This document shows, in pieces, positions 36,957 through 50,559 of a stretch of 64,000 bases of DNA. A program made the translations under genes and the position numbers. The DNA comes from Camelus dromedarius. Taxonomy: Eukaryota. How positions within the stretch are numbered: position 1 is the stretch's first letter; every line of letters begins with the position of its first letter. The notes under the pieces were generated by a model. That model was not told the origin of the DNA, did not search any database, and was given only the letters and a program-made list of their open reading frames with translations. The DNA is taken from contig NC_087436.1 of the NCBI RefSeq assembly GCF_036321535.1, positions 100,380,001-100,444,000 on the forward strand, read 5' to 3'.

Positions 36957-39745
36957 TTAAATCACTTCTTAACTATAAAGTGCAAAAAAAAAAAAAAAAC
37001 CAGAGATGATTACAATAGTGGCTTATAGAAGAGATTTTTGCCTGATGGGTCCTGCAGGATTTTTAAAAATCAGTGTTTGGTAGCATTAGTCCTGCTCTAT
37101 TATAGGGCAACCAATGCCGAGGAAGAGAATCCAAGTTTGGATTTTTTTTTCCATAGTATCTTCTTATCTTATATCTGGCCTGCCACACCCACTTTAACGC
37201 ACATATGTGTAGGTATATCTGTATGCACACACATACAAACACACACATAGTATGCAAGGTTTTAAAATGTTCAGTAAAAGTGCACAAATCAGGAAATGTA
37301 TATATCTTATTGTTTTCATGCCAGATTTTGCCTGTGGGTCACTAGTGAAATGTCTCTATTTTATCTTTTTTGTCAGTCATCTACCCTCTCTTCAAAGTCT
37401 TCCTTGACCAACTCAAAATAGTATGAACTCTATCAATTTAACTGAATTAGTGTTATGTTTGTTTTTGGCAATGTCATGTATATACTTCTTTCTGCATCAG
37501 GTTTTATGGTAAAGAAAGGCAAAAAGCATTACTTCCCCTCTTGCCATTATACCCTTAGTGGCAAGCATAATGTGCTCAATTAAGTTAATTAAGTAAATGA
37601 TTTTACTCCTCTAAAATACATCTATCATAAACTACTTTGGGAAATGCTTAACTATACTGAAAAAAAAAAAATAAAAACCCTCCCATTTTTCTTTTGGTTA
37701 ATCAATTTATTCCACGACTTCAAAACCCTGAGTCTCTCCTTGTAATTATACATGAAAATCAATCTGTTGTTATAAGCAAAGTCACCCCTAGTGAGCATGG
37801 TTTTGCATGCACACCCCAGAAAGAAACTTCACAGCAGGACACATTTATATCATCAACTTTGGTGTCACTCATCCCATATCCAAATTAACCTGCTTCCAAT
37901 AAGTGATTTTAACATTGGTTTTAATCGTGTTCTCTTACTTAACTTTCTCAAAAATATATAGATGTCATAACTAGATAAGACTTAGACTTGAAATTACCTT
38001 TCTTTTGAGCTCAATTATATCTTTTTTCCCACATAAAATAACACGAGAGAAAGAAGAGAGAAAGACTTAATAGAGCACGAGATAGCCCACTGCTACTGTG
38101 AATGACAGATTCCTGGTGCCCTGAGACTCTCCGGGAATTATAACCATGTCAAGGCTCTGGGTTGCAGAATATCAAATAAAATGGTCCTTCAAGGTGAATC
38201 ACTCAGCAAGTCGGTGGGAAAGGCTTGGCATTCCAAAACTTTGCTCAAGAAAATCTAGTATCATGTAATTGCCTGCCACCATCTGGGACTATTTTGGAGA
38301 AATAGAAAATTCTCAAATTGAAGCAGGGCCTGTGGAGATAAATAGTACTGTACTGCTCACCAAACAGAGACAAAACCGGTATCTCTTGTTTATAATCAGC
38401 AAACATCCCTTCATTATCAGGCATTCAATAGATTTTGCTAGTTTTAAAGTCAAATACAATCAGAGGCAGAAAAAGGAATGGCTCCTGAAAATAAACAGAC
38501 CCGTCTCCTGTGTTTTTAAACCAATTTACCTCCTCAGATTTTAAGTGTCTATCTAAAACAACATGGAAAAAATTGACACATTTATGTCATCAGCAAGGCT
38601 ACGTTTACTGACTTATTGATTTATCGGGCACGTGTGTGATGGTAAGAGCTCTCTGGCTTCACAGGCAGCTCTGGCAAGATAATTCAAAATGAGTTAGACA
38701 GCCAACACATTCCTTACTAAATCAATTAGCATATGATTAATTGAAGAATGGCAGAAAGGGCAAGGCTGCTGCCTTTACTTTCAGCTTGGAGGCAGAGGTC
38801 TGTTTAGGGAAACACAGCCCATATTCGATCCTAGTTGCTACTTGGTGTAACCAGTCACTGAAGTAATTGACCGTTTATTGCATCTGTTCAAAAATTCAGG
38901 ATACAGGGTGTAATAAAATAAGCATTTGTGTAATTACATTAGCTCTAAGACTCTTTTACTTGGAGACAACTGCCATCCATCACATTGTCCTTTAATTCCT
39001 GTGTTTGTTTGGGTGAAGCAGAATTCCAGAACAAGGTGAAGGTATTTCTTAAAAAAATTATATCTTGGGGTATTTGAAGTGGAAATGTGATCATTGATAT
39101 TTGTCAAATTATAGAAAAAATACAAGTAAGGGACATTTTAAAAAATATCCTAGCACTAAGGAAAATGACCCTGGAGCATTATTAGCGGCAAAACAAGAAA
39201 ATAAGATCCCTTCCTCCTACAACTCTGTTTAACAGGTGACAGCCCCTGTAGCCCAGTGAGTGAAGTCAACACGTGTACTTATAATTACACCCGTATCTCC
39301 TCTACTGTGGTTCCTTCCTGACTTAAATCATAAAGCAACAAAATGTGCCTTATTGAGAGATTTGCCCTTGAATCTTTGGGATCAAATAGAAAAGAAAAAT
39401 TGAATTATTTACCACTTGCTAGCTGTGTTACTTTTGGCTTATTTCAACATTCTGGGTTTTAATTTTTTCCATATTTATTGTGTAGATCAGAGTATATCAC
39501 AAGCTCTACGGCGTATATGTATACATGTCATCAATTGTAAGAGGTATGGGGAAACTATAATATATATATATATTTTTCTTTGTGGTATTTTATGTTATGA
39601 ATTATTTCCCCACCTCTCTGTCAGGAATAGGTGATAGTACCTTAGTGACAGAAACTGAGTATTTTTAATGGATAGAGTGATTATTACCCAGTTTGGAAAG
39701 TAAATCAAATTGATCTTTTACTTCTTCCTTCAAGTGTACAATTTT

Positions 39746-40141
39746 AGTAAATCAGACATAGAAATACAAATACCATGTGATCTCACTTATACGTGGGATG
39801 TTTAAAAAATAACTCAGAGACAGCAGATGGCTGGTTGCCAGAGGTGGGGGTTGGATGGGTGGGTGAAATAAGTGAAGGTGGTCAAAAGGTACAAACTTCC
39901 AGTTATGAAATAAATAAGTCCTGGCGATGTAACATACAGCATAGTGAGTGGAGTTAATAATAACATATTGTATATTTGAAAGTTACTAAGGGAACAAGTC
40001 TTAAAAGTTCTTATCATAAGAAAAAAAGCTTGTAACTGTGTGTGATGATGGATGTCAACTAGGTTTATTGTGGTGATCATTTCACAATATATACATACGT
40101 CGATTTGTTATGTTGTATACCTGAAACTAATATAATATGTC
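39746..40141 (+). mobile_element. L1MA9/10-like 3' end
   Basis: CAAATACCATGTGATCTCACTTATA...GGTCAAAAGGTACAAACTTCCAGTTAT...TATTTGAAAGTT...TTGTGGTGATCATTTCACAATATATACA...ACCTGAAACTAATATAAT. Confidence 0.88.
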
Positions 40142-40217
40142 TCAGGGAAAGATCTCCATAAAAATCCACAACAGTAAAAAAACTGTACATTTACCTCTAG
40201 CTAGTTCTGATCTAGTC

Positions 40218-40258
40218 ATCCATCCATCCATCCATCCATCCATTCATCCATTCATTCC
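40218..40258. repeat. (CATC)n/(CATT)n microsatellite, probably from an L2 tail
   Basis: Read directly. Confidence 0.85.
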
Positions 40259-40295
40259 ACAAATAATTTTAAGTAACTTCATGATACTCTGAGAG

Positions 40296-40742
40296 TGTGT
40301 ATGTTGGGTCTTCAGATGCCAAGATGTAACTAGAATTTCAAGAAATGTATTGTGGGAAAATGTCTATGAAAAACAGAAGAGGAGCACAAGCAGGCAGGAA
40401 AAGCCTGTAGCTTGGTGCAGTATGACACCTGTGCAAAGAGGAAGAAGATAAGAAGAGACTCATTCTGTGAAGCTACTTGAAGAGATTCGCAGCAATTCCA
40501 AGGGGAGCTTCTGCAAAAAGATTTCCTGTAAAGTCATGGAGGGTGGAAATGAGCAGGTCGTAGTGTCCCCTTTGTGCTCAGTCATTGCCTGGAGGCGGCC
40601 AGACAAAGTATAGAAGACTTCGGCTCAAGTACTTTGGTAGGTCTTGAAAGTCAGAAGCTGTATGGTGTCAGCCTACTGAACTCCTTCAGCTGGTTGAAAA
40701 GTTCTTGTAAGGGGTGGAGCTACATATTGTCATGACTACCTC
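40296..40742 (-). mobile_element. LTR16A/B-like ERVL LTR
   Basis: TGACACCTGTG, GGGGAGCTTCTGCAAAAAGATT, GTGCTCAGTCATTGCCTGG and TGTCAGCCTACTGAACTCCTTCAGCTG. Confidence 0.75.
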
Positions 40743-41711
40743 AGAGAGGCGCTGGAGATAAGACAGATCTCGATCTACTAAGGCATCAGACTTGATCATT
40801 TCTCCACTGAAGAAGTGGCAGCTGTAAGTAAATTACTGAGTTTGAGTGAGATGAGCATTAATATGAGAATGATACTGAAATGCACCCAAGTGTCCAATTG
40901 TGCCTAGGGAAATGGGCAAATCACACCTTCCTTCCGAGGGAGAAGTATTATGAATTGACCAGATAGATCAGATAACACAGGAATTATCTAGCGATTCCTG
41001 AGAAAAAAGGTTCAGAGTTCTGTGTTTTAACAATCTCTATTTCTGTTATTACTCCTCTGGCTTTTGCTCTTCTGTTTAGCAAGGACACAGTATAAAATTC
41101 ATGAATTTCTTCATTCATTGTACCTATAAAATATATCTCTCAACTATGCTGTGACTCCCAAATATCCCTAGCAAAGCAAATGATGACTATTATATTTTAC
41201 TCTGTGACTACTTTTGATTTTTCCAAATGCTTCTCAAATTGCCCAATAGAGAAAAAAAAACTCAAAGTAGTTTGAGTAAATTCTTACATTTTTTTTCAGT
41301 CTCAATGTATTTCTGGAGATGTGTAAGGCCCCTTGATATCCAGCCATGCACATTTATATGCCATTCCCTTCCCAGGACTTGCTAAGCTCGCTCTCAATCC
41401 TTTGAGCATGATATTATATCAAATCTAATTTTGCACTTCTTTCATGAAATAAGCCAGAATTCTTTATCTCATTCAAAATTGCATTTGAATAACTTTCTCC
41501 CAAAATAATCTTCCTAATGGTGGTCATTCTCTGAAGCTAAATGTAGATAGAAATCCTTCAGGGCACAACTCAAATGCTCCTGCTCCACAGAGAATTTGCT
41601 TTTCATCTTTGATGGGGAAGTGTTTGCCCCCCTGACAATTTCTACATTGCATTTTTACTATGTCTCTTTTAAAGCATGTCTTACTTTCTAATGTAATTAT
41701 TCATGTCAAGA

Positions 41712-41975
41712 ACAATAATAGCTCTTAAGTACACAGAATGTCTGAGTTTATAAAAGCCTTTTACATATCTACATCCCTGTCTTTCTATCTATCTATCATC
41801 TATTTATCTACCTATCTATAATTATATAGCTACAACAAGAAGGGAGTGATTATACTAATTTTATTAGTTCTACTTTAGATGATTTATCTATTTGCTTAGT
41901 TTCCAAAATTAGTAACTAGCAAAACTAAGAATCAAACTATGATCTTTTAGTACAAACTTCAATGAACTTTCTCTA
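41712..41975 (-). mobile_element. MIR/MIR3 SINE with an internal (TCTA)n
   Basis: AATAATAGCT...AGTTTATAAAAGCCTTTTACATAT...ACTAGCAAAACTAAGAATCAAAC. Confidence 0.5.
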
Positions 41976-44900
41976 GTTCTTTAATGTAAACCCTTTGAGG
42001 ACAAAAGTGATGCTTTTGTGTACCACTCAAACTTCCATATAATCACTATTCAGTAAAACAGATGAATGAGTAAAGAAATGAATAGGATCCAACCTATACA
42101 TACAATGTGCATCCGTTTCTCACAAATAGTAGACAGCTAGGGACTTCCTCCTTTCGACCATAGTCTACTTGGTGTTTGTCCATTATTTGCCCCTGTTGGT
42201 AGCCCTAAGTAATCTATGCATGTGCATTTTTTGCCTGCAAAGTCCTGGTATGTTCATCAAGGGCAAAAAACATTTTGTTATTGTTGTTTACGGGGTGTTT
42301 TTGGCATCTATTCTGTTGTTCCACAACACAAGAGTGAGAGTGTATGTATATTCTTAGTCTCCCTTGGGAAAATGGAAGAATAGCCCTTGAAAGCTGAAAA
42401 ATTATGCAAATGTGCAAGGGAAAATTTACCTCCAGACCTATAATTTTTGTTGTTATAAATTTCTAAAAGGTTTGTAAAATTTTTGAAAAATGACAAATCT
42501 TTACAGCATCATAGAATATTAATAGTGAAATACTGAATTAATTTTAATAAAATGCATATTTATCTTGAACTGAGAAATACATTATGAATTTTCATGATAT
42601 GATTTTTGCTTGCTGATAAAAATGCTAGTGCTTGCAAATCCACTTAATAAATATATTCTTAGTAAAGCATTTTTGAAATTAAGTGCATAGGATATCAGAA
42701 ATAATTTATTTGAACTATTTATGCATACAACAAGTCATTTATGTTTATAAATTAATACATTTTATCTTAAATTTTTTTTGTTGTTTCGATTTGAGATGTT
42801 GGCAATCAAAGCAAACTATGCTTATTTTATGAGTATATTTTCAAAATAGAGTGAGGCTTGATTGTTCTGTACATACATTTTTTATATTCCTTATACAAGT
42901 TAAGAAAAGGTGTGTAAAAGTGAAAAAGTGTAGTTTAACATTTTATTCCAATACAGAGATGTTCTGACTATCTTTGAACAGTGCATCTTACAGGAAATGT
43001 CCAGATCTTCAAATGACACACCCCTATAGTTTTGTTCACTTCTTAAATAAAAACCTTTTTTTTTTTTTTTTCTGCAAGTGGTTTAAAAGGTTTTAGATGT
43101 AGAGGTACCAGATGTCAGCAGTCTCAATTTTTTTTAGCGCAACTATAATGGAGCACAGCTTAGTGATTACCGCTAAGTGGAATTTAACCTTCAGGTCACT
43201 GATTCAATTCCTTAGTGCTGCTGGCCTTTTGATAATAATAGATCTACTCTTCGGTACACACACACAACACACAGACAGACACACCAGTTACACAAAAGGG
43301 ACCAGCAGTCAAGACAATGTATAAATAGAATGTAAAAAATTGTTCTCTTGAAATGAGTTACAAAGAAGAAACTAAATGCCACCAAATATTCCTCATATAA
43401 AAAATTAACAGGTGTGATAATGTCAAGATTAACAGATAAAAAATGTTTTAAGTGTCATTACTGCAGAATAATATTCTGGATTTTGAATTTCCTTAATATT
43501 CTTTCATTAGGGTTTAAGGGAGTTTATTTCCACTGATTTATTGTCCATTCACCTCTGTCGTGGTCCTAATCCACAAAATAGTATGAAAGGTCAAAGTTAA
43601 CCAAACCCTGGAGTGTTCTAGGAAAACAATGTGGAGATTCAGTAGATGGTGTTCTTCCCTGAGTTAAGATAAACTATGATTGTATTACAGTAGTGTTTGA
43701 TTGTGAATGGGCTGGATTTTTATCTGAGCAAGAAGCCAGGCTACATATTCACGTGACACTGGTGTATCAGGAGTTCTGTGGGAGTTAAGGGGTCACCTTA
43801 GGTTTCAGAGTAAATGGCAAGTCCCTCAGTAAGAATATTTCATCATGGAAGTCTTAATCAGAAAGACCCTTGCTTATGTTTGGAAAAAAATGTATCAGAA
43901 AATAGTGTGAGCTAGAAAAAAAAAAAAACAAGCAATAAAAATAAAACAGCAATCAGCAATAACCATCATGATGCAATGTATTGACAACTTAAATTGTACT
44001 CACAAGGCCTCTGCTAGAGAGTTAATATTATTTAAAACAGATTTCAAATTTAGGACACGCATATTAAAGTCCTCTTTTGGGGGTAGAAACAGAGGTTCCT
44101 AGTGGTCAAATAACCTGCTGAAGAAGGTCATACAGTCAGTATATGGAAGAGTCCAAGGTGAGTTTCCAGTCCAGATACATCTGGCACTGATACTCTGAAC
44201 CACACTGCTGTGTTGAAGATGTTCATTAAAGTTGCACTGAAGAAATGTAACTGCCAGCCCATTTGGTGTGTATCTAATGAGGATGCTGCAGTACTTTAGA
44301 TATCTTATTTGTGTAAAGAAAGGAAAGGCTACAGGTGCAGATAGAGTCCTCTTCACCTGAATGAATTGCTCAACCAGATATAAGCAACATTTAGCCTTTA
44401 GTTTAATTTATCATTCCTTTTTTCATAGCATTGCTTTTAGTTCGGTGACTTATATTCAGCATTATGCTGGGAGTGGACACCACTCTAATGCCTTTTTGAT
44501 CATGCATAACTTTGGGATATTGTCTCACTAATTTATGTATTTATGCCTTGTTTCTCTGGCTCCATTGTGCAGATTCTGTGATCTCTTCTTTTCTCTGTCT
44601 TTTTTTTCTTGTATTTATTTGATATAAGTATTAAACAAATATTATTCCTAAAGGAAATATTATATATATGTAATATATATATATAATTTGCATGTTAATT
44701 CTGGTAGCACTGCCATAAAACTGTTGCTGTAGCTAACAATTCAAAGTACAATCTTCTAGGGTAGGTTTTAAGTCTTAGGAAAAAGAAGAAAGAAAAATTA
44801 AGATGAAGTAGCCTTGTGTTTTTTGCCTAGAAAATTCCAAAACTTTCCTGTTACATGTGGGAAAAATCCATTGAGGCTCACTGCGTCTTTATTCAATACT

Positions 44901-47900
44901 ATTACTTTCAGTATATGAATTTATATAGACAAATAAAAGACAGTAACTTTGTTAAATCTCAGAGAATATATATATTTTTTTCATTTACTGCATGGTTCAT
45001 TGCATAACTCTGCATCCTTTGCCTCATTTGATGGGGAATGGAGTCATATTTCAAATGAGAAATAGAAATAACTACAGAACCTTGGGCAATTTTCACAAAA
45101 ACAAACACAAACATATATAGAGCCATTAAATCCTCCTGTTTAGGTCATATACCAGTTTGGGTAATATGTTGTTCTTGAAGTTTTAGCCAGCTAGAATGTG
45201 TTTTTTTTTAAACAATATTCTATCAGTTCATATTGGATTGCTTTTTGCTCTGCTAAGCAAACCACAAATTTTTTTTTTCCACAACAGGAGTAGTATATAC
45301 CAGGATTAAAAAATTGGATGCATGCTATGTATTATGTTCAACATTTCAAATTTATTGTGGTCCAGTCTCCTGTTCCCCATACTTTAAAATCACTGATATG
45401 ATGCTTAAATTTGCTATGTAAAGAATTTTTTAAGCTACAGTACTTTTACAACATTCTGGAAAATTTTGACACATGACCATGAATGATAATTGACAAAGAA
45501 TCCATTAAGGTACCATGTGGAACTCATGAGATCCTGGACTCCTGCTGTATCACAACATATTATAGCTTGTAATTCAGTATGAGTCCATCTTAGACTAGAA
45601 AGATAAGAAAGAGCTTGTAATTGGTCTCATAATGTAAATACTCTCTCTTAATGTTGTTTCTTAGCATAGATCAATAATATTTAAAAATCTCTTATTAGAA
45701 TTTTTCGTAAGCAAAAACTTGATTAATTTTAACCATTTATATCCATGTTTTTTTTCTTGTTAAGAGTTTATGACATTATTTAATTTAACAAGCATGCATT
45801 TGGCACCTATCATGTCCAAGCTCTGTGCTGATTTAGGAGATACAAAGGTGAGTAAGGTGTGATTTTAACACACCAATATGTTACTCTAGGGAAAAGATTG
45901 ATTACTCAAAATATAGTTATGATAGAAGTTACATTAAAGCTTTGGGTACATAAGTAAGCCTTATAAAAATCCTAAATAATGGTTTATTATTTAGCAGGAT
46001 AATACCAAAATACACAGATCATTGAATATTGGGTGATATCACCTCCAAGAGTGAGATCAAGTCTAATATTGATTTATATTTAAAATGTTTATTATATAAA
46101 TGTATGAAATACAATTTTGCAAAATGCAGCCCAGTCAAACTTCATGATGCTTCTTTGTGGCAAGAAAAATAATAATAAAACTGGACCATATAAATATTGC
46201 CCAGGTCAAAGAACTTAAACGAATTTGACTGGTATTTTCATCTATATTTTTCTTTTACTTTAGTTTGACTCTACATCTCATCTCTCAGATCTGTTACTTG
46301 CCTAGAAAATTTAAAAAACAGAGAATTCTTTCTATGCTTTTTATATGGACATAGAAAGAAATTCTATCACAATTCCTTCACATATTTAGACTTGTTCTTC
46401 CATAGTAGATTAAGATTTCCCAAGACTTCTGGTTAGTTCTTTCATGCAATTAGAAATAAAAGGCCATCTAATCATATAAGCAAATTATGAGAAAGAATAG
46501 CTAGAAAATAGTTATATTGTAATAGCCCTGCTTTTAAAAATATTTATCTTTTTTCCCCTTAAGTTAGTGGCTATCGGCACTTAGTTAATGGAATGTAGCA
46601 TCATTGACAAATATGAAAAATTGAGATCTCTAAGTGGAAATGAGTCTTCATTTCTAAGGCAATTCAGAAATGTTCACCATATTGTTGCTTGGATATACAG
46701 TTTACATAGCTGTATTGTTTTAGAAGGTTTATTCATGATGATAAAAGATACTGGCTACAAATTTGGAATCTTCAAAAATATAAACTGTTAGCACTAAAAA
46801 AATTACCAAAGACATATTAAATTGGAATTAAAGAAAGAAAGGGATAACTTCTAGTATATTTATTTACTAATATTTTCCTTAATCTTTCTGTTGCTTAATC
46901 GGTAAAACAAGGAGTTTGTGTTAGATGTATTCACGTACATTCCATTTTTAATGTCCTATTTGGACTGAATCAAATTTTCTGTAGATAATGGATTAAGATT
47001 TGTGTCAATTAATACTACCAAAAAGTTGGCTAAATATGATTCAGTGATGTATTACACATCAAGTTAAGACTAAAACGTTTCCCAGGTGATTGGGTTCCAC
47101 TCTGGAAAGAGAATTTTTTTTAAAAAAATCACTAGTCACTAGGAAAAGAAATTGTGGAGATATTCAATGATTCATTAAAAGATTTGAAATTAACAAAGGT
47201 CAAGAAAATTTTGGGTAAACTTGAGTTATGTAACGGTTCCAGATCTCTTCTTCAAATAACTTAAACCAAAGGTTTAATAAATAAATAATGCCTCCTTCCT
47301 GCTTATATTGTATAGTTGTATTAACTTAAATCCATGACTACTATTACAATGGTAACTAATAGCACATGTATGAGATAATGTGTTATTTTATTTAGTTGAA
47401 GTTTTGTATATTTCAACTTTAAGCTAAAAATGTGATTTTGAAAAAAAAACCGTCTATCATAGAATTTCAACAATCACACATTAAGTCTGTATAGACCAAT
47501 GCTTCCCTTCATATGGTATCTGAAACACTTATCATCCATTAAGATGGTAACTGACATCCATAAGATACATTTCTGAAAATCTAACACTTCATCATTATAA
47601 AATATGGTGAAAACCCTTCAAATGTGAGAAAAGAACACATGGTTAAGATAAGATGTCAGCCTTCATCTTGACTAAAGCATTTACCACAGAATCTAGGTGA
47701 AGATAATGAGATGGAAATGAACAGATTTAAAAATGCATTCAGAATGTAAGCATAATTACATACTTCTTTTTAAAAATACTATTTTTAGAACATCGGTGTA
47801 GACATAAGTGATTTCTATATAATCTTATTAAATATTTCCTTTTTGATGTACAGCTAATAAAAATATCTCAAAACAATGTACTATTATGTACTGTTATTAC

Positions 47901-48824
47901 ATAAAAATAGACTGAACACACTCTTTTACTCTGCAGCAAAGTAATTAAGGAAGGAAAGGAAGAGTAAAGGATTGGAACTGAGTTTGCAAGTTTCCTAGAA
48001 GTTTGCAAAACCTATGTTGGCAATATAAAAAGAACTCTAGACTTATCTGGATAGACCAATAGTAAAGAAAGGAAGAAAAAGGGGAGAATGAGGTACCATA
48101 AACCCAACCTTGATGTGTTAACATTTTTCTTAATCCTCACAAGAGCTGAAGGGCCAGAAGTTAATACTTTCTTTTGATGGACTATTTCTACAGTGTTTCT
48201 TTAACACTGCACAAGTTTATATACTTTGTAAAGTGGAATTCAAGGGCAATGAATACAAGAGTGTCAGTAGAAAAAAATATTATTTTTTATTAACCTTAAT
48301 TATTGAACAGAACTATAATATATAATTATTTATTTAGTCATATGCATTTTTGATTATTGTATGTCACATGGTGTATCATTGTTTTGATTTTCTTACCAAT
48401 AAGCAAGCTGTTTCACTTTGCAATGAGGATCTAGGCAACTCTTCAGTCTTGTTTTCCAAAAAAAGCTTCATGTGATGGAATTTATCGATCTTCTTTCTAA
48501 ATGTGCATGACATTTTCTGAGTGAAAATGTTTTGTCATGTGTAGCTACAGAATGAAGACCATAATATGATATTCATTACACTGACACCATCTTACTAAGG
48601 AAACCATGCTTTAGAATTTCAAGACTTTGGTATAATCTGATTCTGACATTCAGCATTACATTCTCAAATCATTTAAATCTATCCAGTCTGATTTCCACAG
48701 AGATGCTTCTTCCTATCTCAATATTCATGTTAGACTAGGATGAGTGGGATGGAATTCAGGGCAACAATGTGAACATTATGTAAGAAATTTCCATTGGTTG
48801 GAGACATTTTGGAATACTTAAAAA

Positions 48825-48901
48825 ATATATATATATATTATATATATATATGTATATATATTTTATATATACATATATATATACACACACATACACATAT
48901 A
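48825..48901. repeat. (TA)n/(CA)n compound microsatellite
   Basis: Read directly. Confidence 0.92.
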
Positions 48902-50559
48902 CCTAAGAATAGATTCATATATATTTACAACTACCTTTTATATCAAAGTATAAGCTTTAATACGTAGGGAAAATCCACTTAAGCAAAAATACATGTGCAA
49001 ATATTAGTCAAAATCAAAAGAATTGATCTAGCATCCTCTAACCTTTTAAAAATGTTGGCATTTAATAACTATCTTGTAATTCAGAGGGCATCGCTACCTT
49101 ACACAAATAGAAACCTTTGTTTAACGCAGTAGTGTGTATCCTAAGACAAGAAAAGCAAACCTACCACTGAGGCTAGATTAAGTTAAGAAAATTAGTATTT
49201 ATGGTGGAACTAACTGAATCAACAGGCCTCAAAGGAAAAATCAAACCAGGGGATTGAAAATATTTGTATTCAAAGTGAAATGGCTAAAATAACCAAACAA
49301 ACATGAGGAAAACATGTCCCAATTTCTATTTTGTGCAATAATAGTTCCAGGTTATAAATATTAGTGTTCTTTAGGGAATACACAAGGTTTTATTAACCAA
49401 ATAAGTTCAAACAAGTTTGTATTAAATGAAGTTTAACAGTTTTCTTTACTGCAGGACTTTTGAGAACATGTCTATGCATTGCGAATCTAAGAACAGAGCA
49501 TGTCTACTGTTTCTTTTTCTATTAAGATCACCAACCTTTGTGCAGCAATCTTTGTGTGATTATCAATCCACAAAAAGTCACTTTAAAAATATGTTTATAA
49601 TCAATATCACATGCAAATATAGATGTAATTATCCTAAATAAAATTATTTAAAAGTGCAACTAAGTTAACAGTGCATATGAGTCATTCATGATATGCCAGT
49701 CGGTTTTCTCTCATGATCACTCTCTTGATAGCTGTAAATAAAATACTTCTTTTCACAACTTTCAAGAATGCTGATGTTGCTTCATATTTAATGTTTCCCT
49801 GTTATATCCAGAAAAAAAGTGTTGATGTTGTCAATGTATGCAACATTCTTTTCATGACACACTGATGCTCTATATACAGAGTAAACATTTAGAAGTAAAT
49901 ATTAGCTATATACCTGTTATTTGATAAATTTACATTTGACCTTCAACCTATGCTATGAGTAAAATTCCACAATTTATCCAATAACAATGTTCTGAAAAGT
50001 TAAATCAAATAATGATGGCAATGATTATAATGCTAATAAAGATACGGTTTAAAATATGACATTACAAAGGCAATTTTTGATGCATGTAGATGAAAACAGT
50101 ATTGACGGGATAGGAAATTAAAAGGTATTTTTATACGCACTTGACTTTAGCAGTTAAGCCATGTAACTCTAAATTACTTAATACTCTAAATAAACTCTTA
50201 GAGACACGGCACTATCTTACTAAGGAAACCATGCTTTGAAAGTCCAGGTGCCAACAGTTATTGGCTATTTCTTATTTGCACCTAGAAATTACAGCATTTC
50301 CCTCCAGTCATTAACCTTGTTTTACGTAAGACATTGAATTAGTAAAGCTTTTTTCATTGAGGGGGCTTGTTTTTCACTTCAGTATTCCTCTTCTACTTTT
50401 GTTATTTTCTCTACAATCACTGATACACAGATGTTCTCCTGTTGGCCTTATGTTTCTTTGCACCCGTTAGCTTCATTTTTGGGCTGCCTTCTTGCACATT
50501 CACCAAGCGGTAACACGCTTCTTTCACGTTGGTAGGAAGAGAAAGTGTTCTCCGTCACA

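Noticed and set aside
39210..39262. 20-nt micro-exon (TTTAACAG|GTGACAGCCCCTGTAGCCCA|GTGAGT)
   Set aside because: It is frame-shifting, has a weak exonic donor context and has no host gene in view. It cannot be distinguished from chance splice-like sites.
49310..49505. p53 response element (half-sites AAACATGTCC 49310, GAACATGTCT 49464, GAGCATGTCT 49496)
   Set aside because: The closest pair is 22 bp apart, beyond the canonical 0-13 bp spacer, and isolated half-sites are common.
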